DNA of 64,000 nucleotides from an uncultured Acidobacteriota bacterium. GTDB taxonomy: Bacteria; Acidobacteriota; Thermoanaerobaculia; Multivoradales; UBA5704. The position numbers and the translations under genes were made by a program. The DNA lies in NCBI GenBank assembly GCA_963752235.1, contig CAVVXL010000021.1:9133-73132 (forward strand), read 5' to 3'. Shown here piece by piece: positions 18,287 to 26,849 of this stretch; position 1 is the first letter of the stretch; each line of letters starts with the position of its first letter. The notes below the pieces were generated by a model. The model did no database searches and was not told the origin of the DNA. It saw only the letters and a list, made by a program, of their open reading frames with translations.

Positions 18287-19446
18287 GGTGCCCACGCTTG
18301 AATCTCCGGTCCCTGATTCCGCTCCTCGCCCTTCTCCTGCTCTCCGCGGCCGGCTGCAAAAAAGGCGGCGCCGACGCGGCCGGTCCGACCGGAAAGCCCG
18401 GAAAGCCCGCTCCCCCGCCGACGATGGCGCTCGGCCCCGAGGACACGGCGGTGGTGACGCCAGGGCCGGTCGAGAGCGGCCCGGCCCTCACCGGCACGCT
18501 CTCGGCGCAGCGGCAGGCGGCGATCCGGGCGCAGATCGCGGGGTCGGTGCTCTCCGTGACCGCCGAGCCCGGGCAGGCGGTGAAGCGCGGGCAGACCCTC
18601 GCCCGCCTCGACTCGAGCGCGCTGACCGACGCCTACAACTCGGCGCGTTCCATCGCCACCAGCGCCCGCAGTGCCCTGGCGGTCGCCGAGCGCGAGGCGA
18701 CGCGCCAGGAGACCCTGGTCAAGGCCGGGGCGGTGGCGCAGAGGAACGTCGAGACGGCGCAGCAGTCGGTGGTGCAGGCCCGGGCCACTCTCTCCCAGGC
18801 GCAGGCGCAGATCGCCAGCGCCGAAAAGCAGCTCGCCTACACCACCGTCACCGCCCCCTTCTCGGGGGTGGTCAGCGAGCGGCCGGTGTCGGCCGGCGAC
18901 GTGGTGCAGCCGGGCACCAGCCTCTACACGGTGGTCGACCCGTCGAGCCTCCAGCTCGAGGCGGCGATCCCCGCCGAGCAGCTCGCCGCCCTCAAGGTGG
19001 GCTCGCCGGTCCGCTTCACCATTACCGGCTACGGCGACCGCACTTTCAAAGGGTCGATCACCCGCATCAACCCGAGCGCCGATCCCACCACCCGCCAGGT
19101 GCGGGTCTACGCCGAGGTCCCCAACCCGGGCGACCTGGTGGCCGGCCTCTACGCCGAGGGGCGGGTGGAGAGCGAGTCGCGCCACGGCCTCACCCTGCCG
19201 GCGGCGGCGATCGACCGCCGGATGGCGAAGCCGGCGGTGCTCGTGGTGCGCGACGGCAAGGTGGCGCGGGTCGACGTCGAGCTCGGGCTCGCCGACGAGA
19301 AGGCGCAGCGGGTCGAGGTGCTGCACGGGGTCGCGGCCGGCGACGTGGTCCTCCTCGGCGCCGCGCAGGAGATCGCGCCGGGGACGCCGGTGACCCTCGC
19401 GCCGTCGGTGCAGCAGGCGGCGGAGAGGCTGGCGCAGACGCTATGA
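18283..19446 (+). CDS. RND efflux membrane fusion protein (periplasmic adaptor, lipoprotein)
   Basis: Lipobox LLLLSAAGC. HlyD/AcrA-like TVTAPFSGVVSERPVSAGDVVQPGTSLYTVVD. Overlaps the tolC-like stop (ATGA). Confidence 0.85.
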   Translation: MRCPRLNLRSLIPLLALLLLSAAGCKKGGADAAGPTGKPGKPAPPPTMALGPEDTAVVTPGPVESGPALTGTLSAQRQAAIRAQIAGSVLSVTAEPGQAVKRGQTLARLDSSALTDAYNSARSIATSARSALAVAEREATRQETLVKAGAVAQRNVETAQQSVVQARATLSQAQAQIASAEKQLAYTTVTAPFSGVVSERPVSAGDVVQPGTSLYTVVDPSSLQLEAAIPAEQLAALKVGSPVRFTITGYGDRTFKGSITRINPSADPTTRQVRVYAEVPNPGDLVAGLYAEGRVESESRHGLTLPAAAIDRRMAKPAVLVVRDGKVARVDVELGLADEKAQRVEVLHGVAAGDVVLLGAAQEIAPGTPVTLAPSVQQAAERLAQTL

Positions 19447-22400
19447 CGATCTCCGATTTCGCCATCAAGCGCCCGATCGTCACCGTGGTGGTGATGCTGG
19501 CGCTGGTCATCTTCGGCATCTTCGCCCTCTTCCAGCTCGACGTCGACGAGTTCCCCGACCTCTCGAACCCGATCGTCTTCGTCTCCGTCCCCTACCCCGG
19601 CGCCTCGCCGTCGCAAGTCGAGCAGGAGGTGGTGGAGCGGATGGAAGAGGCGTTCAGCGGCCTCTCGGGGATCGACGAGATCCGCTCCACCTCGCTCGAC
19701 GGCTTCGCCACCATCACCGTGCAGTTCGTCTTCGGCAAGGACCCCGACCAGGCGGCGCAGGACGTGCGCGACGCCATCTCGGGGATCCGCAACGACCTGC
19801 CGACCGAGATGAAGGAGCCGGTGCTCAAGAAGTTCGACCCCGACGACTTCCCCATCGTCTCGCTCGTCCTCGCCTCCGACCGCATGTCGCCGGCCGAGAT
19901 GACGCTGCTCGCCGACCCCGGGATCACCCGCGTCCTGCGCGGCATCAACGGCGTCGCGCAGGTGACGGTGGTGGGCGGCGCCAACCGCGAGATCTCGGTC
20001 GACGTGCGGCCGGGCGACATGGCCGCGTCGGGGGTGACGGTGGCGCAGGTCTTCGCGGCGGTGGCGGCGCAGAACCTGGCGTCGCCGGTCGGCCAGATCC
20101 AGGGACGGCTGACCGAGCAGGCGATCCGCCTGCGCGGCCGGCTCGAGACCCCCGAGGACTTCGCGCGGCTGGTGGTCGGCTCCCACAACGGCCAGTTGAT
20201 CCGCCTGGGCGAGGTGGCGAACGTGCGCGACGGCACCACCGAGCAGCGCTCGCTCGCCCTCTTCAACGGCCAGCTCGCGGTCGGCATCGACATCACCAAG
20301 TCCAAGGGGTCGAGCACCACCAAGGTCGCCGACGCCGTCAAGGCGGCGATCCAGAAGATCCAGCCGACCCTGCCGCCGGGGGTGAAGATGTCGGTGGTGC
20401 GCGACGCCGGCGAACGGGTGCACAGCTCGGTGCGCAACGTCGAGGAGGCGCTGGTCGAGGGGGCTCTGCTCACCGTGCTGGTGGTCTTCCTGTTCCTCAA
20501 CTCCTGGCGCTCGACGGTGATCACCGGCCTCGCGCTGCCGGTGTCGGTGCTCTCCTCGTTCATCGCGGTGTGGGCCTGCGGCTTCACCCTCAACACCATG
20601 TCGCTGCTCGGCCTGTCGCTCGCCATCGGCATCCTGATCGACGACGCCATCGTGGTGCGGGAGAACATCGTGCGCCACGTCGAGATGGGCAAGGACCACG
20701 TGGAGGCGGCGCACGTCGGCACCAACGAGATCACCATGGCGGTGGCGGCCACCACCTTCTCGATCGTGGCGGTGTTCGCGCCGGTCGCCTTCATGCAGGG
20801 GATCGCCGGGCAGTGGTTCAAGCCGTTCGCGCTGACCATCGCCTGCGCCGTGCTGGTCTCCCTCTTCGTCTCCTTCTCGCTCGACCCGATGCTCTCCGCC
20901 TACTGGCCGGACCCGCAGCTCGAGGGGCACGAGCGGAAGAACTTCATCGCGCGGGCGCTCGACCGCTTCAACCAGTGGTTCGATCGCCAGGCCGACCGCT
21001 ACAAGGGGGTGGTCGCCTGGGCGCTCGACCACCGGGTGGCGGTGCTCCTCATCGTGGCGGTGTCGTTCTTCGGCGCCATCGCCCTGCAGGTCTTCTTCGG
21101 CGGCGGCGGCTTCATCCCGGACAGCGACCGCTCGGAGATCACCCTGTCGATCGAGACGCCGCCGGGCTCGAACCTGAGCTACACGGCGATCAAGGCGCGC
21201 GAGCTCTCCGCGATCGCCCGCGCCCACAAGGAAGTGGCCTACACCTACACCAGCATCGGCAGCGCCACGGGCTCGGGGGACGTCGACACCGGCAGCCTCT
21301 ACATCAAGATGTGCCGAAAAAGCAGCGCGACATCTCGCAGCAGGCGCTCGCCGCCCAGCTGCGCACCGAGACGGCGCGGGTCGCCGGCGCCACCACCTAC
21401 CTCTCGCAGCAGGGCGGGCCGGGGGGGAACCAGCGGCAGATCCAGGTGCAGCTACGCGGCCAGAACATGGCGTCGCTCAGTAAGGCGGCGGCGGCGATCG
21501 AGGGCGAGATGCGCAAGGTCAAGGGAGCGACCGACATCGGCCTCTCGACCCGCGGCGACCGTCCCGAGCTCGAGGTGCAGCTCAACCGCGGCCTCGCCGG
21601 CAGCCTGGGGCTCAACGTCAGCCAGGTGGCGCAGTCGATGCGCCCCGCCTTCGCCGGCGTCAAGGCGGGCGACTGGATCGATCCCGCTCGGCAAGACCCG
21701 CGACGTCACCGTCCGCCTCGCCCCCGAGGCGCGGGCGAACGTCGCCGACATCGAACGGCTGCCGCTGATGGTGAGCGGCGGCGGCTCGGCGGAGCGGGAG
21801 CGGCGGGAACGCAGGGGGCGGCGGCGCGGCGGGCGCTGCCGGAGGCGCCCCGATGGTTTCTGGCGGCGGCGGCGGCGGCGCGCCGTCGCTGATCCCGCTC
21901 GGCCAGGTGGCGACCATCGCGCGCAGCACCGGCCCGGCGCAGATCGACCACCTCAACCGCGACAAGGTGGTGTCGGTGGGCGGCAACGTCGCCGGGCGCT
22001 CGCTCTCCGAGGTGACGCGCGACCTCAACAAGCGGGTGGCCGCTCTCCGCCTGCCGGCCGGGGTGACGCTGTCGCAGGGGGGTGAGGTGAAGAACCAGAA
22101 CGAGGTCTTCGGCAAGATCTTCGCCGCCCTGGCGCTCGCCGTGCTGATGATGTACCTGATCCTGGTCGTCCAGTTCGGCTCGTTCCTCGACCCGCTGGCG
22201 ATCCTCCTCTCGCTGCCGCTGTCGCTGGTCGGCGTCGTGCTGATGCTGCTGATCACCCACGACACCTTGAACCTGATGAGCCTGATCGGCGTCATCCTGC
22301 TGATGGGGATCGTGGCCAAGAACGCCATCCTGCTGATCGACTTCGCGAAGTGGAACCACGAGAAGGGGATGCCGCTGCGCGACGCCCTGATCGAGGCCGG

Positions 22401-22680
22401 CCGCGTGCGCCTGCGCCCCATCCTGATGACCACCGTCGCCCTGATCGCCGGCATGATCCCCGTCGCCATGGGGCTGGGAGAAGGCGCCGACTTCCGCGCT
22501 CCCCTGGGACGCGCGGTGATCGGCGGCACCATCACCTCCACCTTCCTCACCCTGCTGGTGATCCCGACGATCTACGAGATCCTGGTCGAGACGCGGGAGA
22601 AGGTGCTGGGGTGGTTCGGGCGGGGGAAGAAGGCGAAGAAGCACGTCGAGCCCAAGGCGGAGCCGGTGGGAGCGCCCTGA
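19443..22680 (+). pseudogene. RND (HAE1/AcrB-family) efflux pump with three frame disruptions
   Basis: MTISDFAIKRPIVTVVVMLALVIFGIFALFQ ... C-terminal ILLMGIVAKNAILLIDFA. The reading frame breaks near 21305-21315 (IKM/VPKKQRDIS), near 21680-21690 (DWIDP/LGKTRD at a ccc run) and across a GGC-rich ~85-bp stretch at 21766-21885. Confidence 0.8.
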
Positions 22681-22719
22681 AGATCCCCAGTTTATGGTTT
22701 AGGAGTCCGAACCAGAGGG

Positions 22720-25700
22720 TCAGCGCTCTAGAATCTCGAAGATCGAGTTAAATAGAAACTCTCGGATCTCGCCCTTCTGATCGTCTCTCTTGTGCACGAG
22801 TTTGTAGAGGAGAGAGACTTCTGCAGCGGTGAGTGCCTGCTGCTGGCTGACTCGCTCCCAAGAAATCTGAGGTTCACCTTTTCCCGTCAACAACGGCTCC
22901 ACCGCAGGCAACCAACGCGCGGGATCAACTCCACCAAAGCTCAGCACGTCCACCGCACGCAAGCGAAGCTCCGCATCCTCCACCGTCAGCAACGGCTCTA
23001 GCGCAGGCGACCAACGCGCGGGATCGACTCCAACAAAGCTCAGCACGTCCGCCGCACGCAAGCGAAGCTCCGCATCCTCCCCCGTCAGCAACGGCTCCAA
23101 TCCAGGCAACCAAAGCGCGAAATCAACTCCACCAAACCTCAGCACGTCCGCCGCACGCAAGCGAAGCTCCGCATCCTTCACGATCAGCAACGGCTCCAGC
23201 GCAGGCCACCAATGCGCGGGATCAACTCCACCAAACCTCAGCATGTCCGCCGCACGCAAGCGAAGCTCCGCATCCTCCACCGTCAGCAACGACTCCAGCG
23301 CAGGCAACCAACGCGCGGGATCGACTCCACCAAACCTCAGCACGTCCGCCGCACGCAAGCGAAGCTCCGCATCCTCCACCGTCAGTAACGACTCCAGCGC
23401 AGGCAACCAACGCCCGGGATCGACTCCAACAAACCTCAGCACGTCCGCCGCATGCAAGCGAATCTCCGCATCCTCCACCGTCAGCAATGACTCCAGCACA
23501 GGCAACCAACGCGCGGGATCGACTCCAACCGAACTGAGCAGGGACGCCGCACGCCAGCGAAGATCCGCATCCCCCCCCGTCAGCAAAGGCTCCAGCGCAG
23601 GCCACCAACGCGCGGGATCGACTCCACCAAGCCTCAGTAACTCCGCCGCACGCCAGCGAAGCTCTCCATCCTCCCCCGTCAACCATGGCTCCAGCGCAGC
23701 CAACCAACGCGCGGGATCGACTCCAGCAGACCTCAGTACGGACGCCGCACGCCAGCGAAGCTCCACATCCTCCCCCGTCAGCCATAGCTCAAGTGAGCGC
23801 GACCACTTCTCGCTGTTCGCGTCAAGATATTCTTGAACAAAGGATTCAATGTGGGCCATGCTGCTTTTATAATGTAATAAGGCAGTCAAGACCTCTAACC
23901 TGTCGTCACCTACTCGCGCCAGCCCGAGAGCGGCATGGCATTGCACATCGGGATCACTATCTTTAAAGCTTAGCCGGCACGCATCGAGAGCGTTTGGATT
24001 CTCCCTCGTGACGTTACTGAATAGGCGAACCGCCTCCATCCGTACATCCCAGGAATCGTGCCTCGCCACAGGTTGAAGGGCAGTGACCGCATCCCGAGAG
24101 GGCCTCAGGCGGGGAAGCGCGCGGACTGTCTGAACGAAAGCGTTCTTGAAGGGACTGTATGGCAGCTCCTGAACCACTTCTCCCAATCGTACGATCACCC
24201 GCTCGGCAAGGCTCCGCTTGACCCCGACGTCGTCAGCAATGCAGGCGGCGGCCAATCGCAGATTCGAGTTCAGAAGCTGTTCCAGAGGTCCCGGATCCCG
24301 AAGCCATATTGCCTCGACCAGATCCGTGGCCGTGTCGCGGTCCCGCTGGACGATACCGAGATATCCCACCGCGAGCAGGATGACTTCCCGCCAGCGGGGA
24401 TCGTTCCGGAGCGGCAAAATGCGCTCGATGGCGCGAGAGCTGGGCGTGGTCAGCTCCACGGCCGCGAGAAACTCTTCGAAGGTCGGGTGCCAGAAGGCGA
24501 AAATGTCTTTCCCACGCTCCTCGAGTAGCCCGGCCCGGTCAGCTGCCGCATTGAGATAGCTCTCCGCCGTGGCCTCCGGATGGTCCTCATCGAGCTCCTG
24601 ATCGAGGAGGATCTCCACCAGCTTGCGCTTGAGCTCGACGCGGTGAACGACACCCGTCGGTTTCGTGCGGCGCGTCCACTCGGCCACGGCGCCCCAGACG
24701 CGGATGAGGTTGTTGATGGGGAGATGCACGCCGCCGACGTCGATCCCGGCCAGCGAGCGCCCTCTGTTCCAGGTATCCATCAGGGTCTTGACGGCCCGGT
24801 CGTAGAGTTGCACCCGCTCCTCGGGCAACCGGGCCTGCTCGTGACGGATCAAGGCGAGAATGACGAGCATCAGCGGATTGGTCGCCAGCTCGAAGACCTT
24901 CGGGTTCCGCTGGATCTCCTCCAGCATCCCTTTGGCTTCCTTCTCCGCTTTGGAAAGATCGGGAGCCTGCGGGTGGCGCCAGCGCTCGAAGGCACGCTGC
25001 CATTGGTGGACGAACGTCTCGACCTGCTCGGGAGAAAAATTCGGCAGCGAGAAATGGGGAATGTCGCCCGCCAGGCGGACGTAACCGTAAGGGCGTGAGG
25101 TCAGAAGGAACCGGTTGGCTCTATGGTCGGCCAGGAACCGGTCCACCGCCTTGACCACCAGGATGCGTTCGCGGCTGTCCGGAATCTCGTCCACGCCATC
25201 CAGTAGCAGGAAAACCCGGCCGGCCTGGAGTTCCTGATCCATGGCGACCTGAAGCGCCTCGCCTCCGCAGTGGACCAAGATGCCGTCGAGATACTCGCGG
25301 AGCGAGAGATCCTTGCCGCGCGACCGCGCATCCGTATAGCCCGCGAGCGGCAGGACGATCGGCGTGAGATCTAGATCCCCCCACCCCGAGCGGTCTCCGA
25401 GCCGCTCCTGCCTCGCCTCGCGATCCAGAGAGAAGGACCGGGCCAGGAACCGTGTCAAGGTGCTCTTGCCCACTCCCGGCCCGCCGATCACCACGGCGTG
25501 GCGGATCTGCGAGAGAACATGATCAACCGGACTCCCCTTCACGCCTTCCTTCTGTCCCGCGCGCCACCGCTCGCCCGTCAGGACCGCGAAATCCTCCTCC
25601 CGCCGGGCGCGCTCTTCGGGACCCAGATCCTGGTTGTCGAGCAGATCCTTCAGGAGCTTCCCTTCTCGGTCCCGGGTATCGGCCTGGTCCCGCTCCGGAA

Positions 25701-26271
25701 CCAGCCAGGGGAGGACGTAGACGTCATCGAGCGGCAGCGAGGCCGCGTGTTCCTCGCGAGTCCCTCCCTCGATTCCGCGATAGTCGGCATACTGGTAGTC
25801 GCGCGCCACCCGGCCGCGCCAGGCCGCGAGCGCTGTGTCCAGGGCTACGGCGGTGAGCTGTTGTCGCTCTGCGGGAAGTCCGAGGGTTTCAAAGCGTGCG
25901 AGCAAAGCGCCCTGTTGGAGATAGATGGCGGCTGCCAGGGCCGAGAGGGTATCCAGCGTCTCCCGGCTCTGCTCGCCAGTCGCGAGGAGCTGCGAGACCT
26001 TCTCTTCGAGCCTGGCGTCATCCTCCTCTTCGGACAATTGGAGCAGGGCGGCTCCGGCACCCGAGAGGAGGGGGCCCACGCCCGGAATCTGCTGGAGCTG
26101 TGCCGAGCCAAATTCCTTGAGGCCCACCAGGATCGCCCGCAGGTACGGCGCCTCCTTGCCGGGCTGGCTTCCCAACCCGAAGCGCTGAAGAAGGGACCGC
26201 CGAACGGGCACGGGCAGCGCGGCATTCGTGCGCACCAAAGCTTCCTTGGGACCTGAGGGCTCGTCGGGCAT
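22720..26271 (-). CDS. NACHT-domain STAND NTPase with C-terminal HEAT (PBS-lyase-like) repeat array
   Basis: P-loop VVIGGPGVGKSTLTRFLA. Walker B FLLLDGVDE. ~12x 33-aa repeats DPARWLPALESLLTVEDAELRLRAADVLRFGGV. ~260-aa N-terminal region with no motif I recognise. Confidence 0.85.
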   Translation of the reverse strand: MPDEPSGPKEALVRTNAALPVPVRRSLLQRFGLGSQPGKEAPYLRAILVGLKEFGSAQLQQIPGVGPLLSGAGAALLQLSEEEDDARLEEKVSQLLATGEQSRETLDTLSALAAAIYLQQGALLARFETLGLPAERQQLTAVALDTALAAWRGRVARDYQYADYRGIEGGTREEHAASLPLDDVYVLPWLVPERDQADTRDREGKLLKDLLDNQDLGPEERARREEDFAVLTGERWRAGQKEGVKGSPVDHVLSQIRHAVVIGGPGVGKSTLTRFLARSFSLDREARQERLGDRSGWGDLDLTPIVLPLAGYTDARSRGKDLSLREYLDGILVHCGGEALQVAMDQELQAGRVFLLLDGVDEIPDSRERILVVKAVDRFLADHRANRFLLTSRPYGYVRLAGDIPHFSLPNFSPEQVETFVHQWQRAFERWRHPQAPDLSKAEKEAKGMLEEIQRNPKVFELATNPLMLVILALIRHEQARLPEERVQLYDRAVKTLMDTWNRGRSLAGIDVGGVHLPINNLIRVWGAVAEWTRRTKPTGVVHRVELKRKLVEILLDQELDEDHPEATAESYLNAAADRAGLLEERGKDIFAFWHPTFEEFLAAVELTTPSSRAIERILPLRNDPRWREVILLAVGYLGIVQRDRDTATDLVEAIWLRDPGPLEQLLNSNLRLAAACIADDVGVKRSLAERVIVRLGEVVQELPYSPFKNAFVQTVRALPRLRPSRDAVTALQPVARHDSWDVRMEAVRLFSNVTRENPNALDACRLSFKDSDPDVQCHAALGLARVGDDRLEVLTALLHYKSSMAHIESFVQEYLDANSEKWSRSLELWLTGEDVELRWRAASVLRSAGVDPARWLAALEPWLTGEDGELRWRAAELLRLGGVDPARWWPALEPLLTGGDADLRWRAASLLSSVGVDPARWLPVLESLLTVEDAEIRLHAADVLRFVGVDPGRWLPALESLLTVEDAELRLRAADVLRFGGVDPARWLPALESLLTVEDAELRLRAADMLRFGGVDPAHWWPALEPLLIVKDAELRLRAADVLRFGGVDFALWLPGLEPLLTGEDAELRLRAADVLSFVGVDPARWSPALEPLLTVEDAELRLRAVDVLSFGGVDPARWLPAVEPLLTGKGEPQISWERVSQQQALTAAEVSLLYKLVHKRDDQKGEIREFLFNSIFEILER
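22860..23830 (-). repeat. 99-bp in-frame tandem repeats (~90% identical) encoding the HEAT array
   Basis: caacggctccagcgcaggcaaccaacgcgcgggatcgactccaccaaacctcagcacgtccgccgcacgcaagcgaagctccgcatcctccaccgtcag repeated ~10 times. Confidence 0.85.
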
Positions 26272-26335
26272 TTCAGCCTCCGTGCAGGAAGTCTATCGAA
26301 GAAGTGGAAGCCGGCGCTGGGCTTAGGCCTGGCGT

Positions 26336-26558
26336 CCGGCCCACCGGGCCGGGAGAACAGAGCCCAGGGCTGAGGCCGAAGGCCGATGCCCTGGGTTGAG
26401 GAACGACAACGCAGAGCGGCCTGAAAGGTCGCGAGAAATCTTTATCGAGTGGGGTTCTCGCGGCCCTTCAGGCCGCCAGGAGGTGCCGCACCCATGGACC
26501 CAGGGCATCGGCCTACGGCCTCAGCCCTGGGCTAGGATCTCCCGGCCCGTTGGGCCGG
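26336..26558. repeat. nested inverted-repeat element C (MITE-like or structured RNA) upstream of the NACHT gene
   Basis: Outer 61-bp arms ccggcccaccgggccgggagaacagagcccagggctgaggccgaaggccgatgccctgggt and reverse complement (2 mismatches). Inner 22-bp arms gcggcctgaaaggtcgcgagaa / ttctcgcggcccttcaggccgc around a 16-nt loop. Confidence 0.75.
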
Positions 26559-26722
26559 ATGCAAAACCGCCGAGCAGGTCCTGCGTTTCTCCTCCTCGTA
26601 CTCGGAGGAGGCCGATGGGCTCACAACGTTCTAACAAGGATAGGAACCGGCCTGCGAACGCCCCCTCCCGGCCTCCCCCGAGTACAGGGGAGGAGAAAAG
26701 CTCCCACCGAGGTAGGTTGACG

Positions 26723-26783
26723 TAGGGGCGGGGTCCGTCCCACCCTCAACGTCGAAGGGCGGGGACGAACCCCGCCCCTACGA
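26723..26783 (-). terminator. GC-rich stem-loop just downstream of the VWA gene stop
   Basis: gtaggggcggggt-N35-accccgcccctac, perfect 13-bp arms. No obvious U-tract. Confidence 0.4.
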
Positions 26784-26849
26784 AAAGCTGCTGCGAGATC
26801 GCCAATCATCCCCACGGCCCGCGCCGCAGCGGGATCGCCAACCGCCCTC

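Noticed and set aside
22860-23830. Regular ~99-bp direct repeats, considered as a possible CRISPR array
   Set aside because: Repeats are contiguous with no unique spacers and are in frame within a long ORF, encoding HEAT-like protein repeats. No cas genes. The same reasoning applies to the 126-bp TPR-coding repeats.
26396-26725. 109-aa ORF inside IR element C with an upstream aggagg-like sequence
   Set aside because: Arg/Pro-rich low-complexity translation. The apparent RBS and ATG are in a different frame and give only 13 codons.
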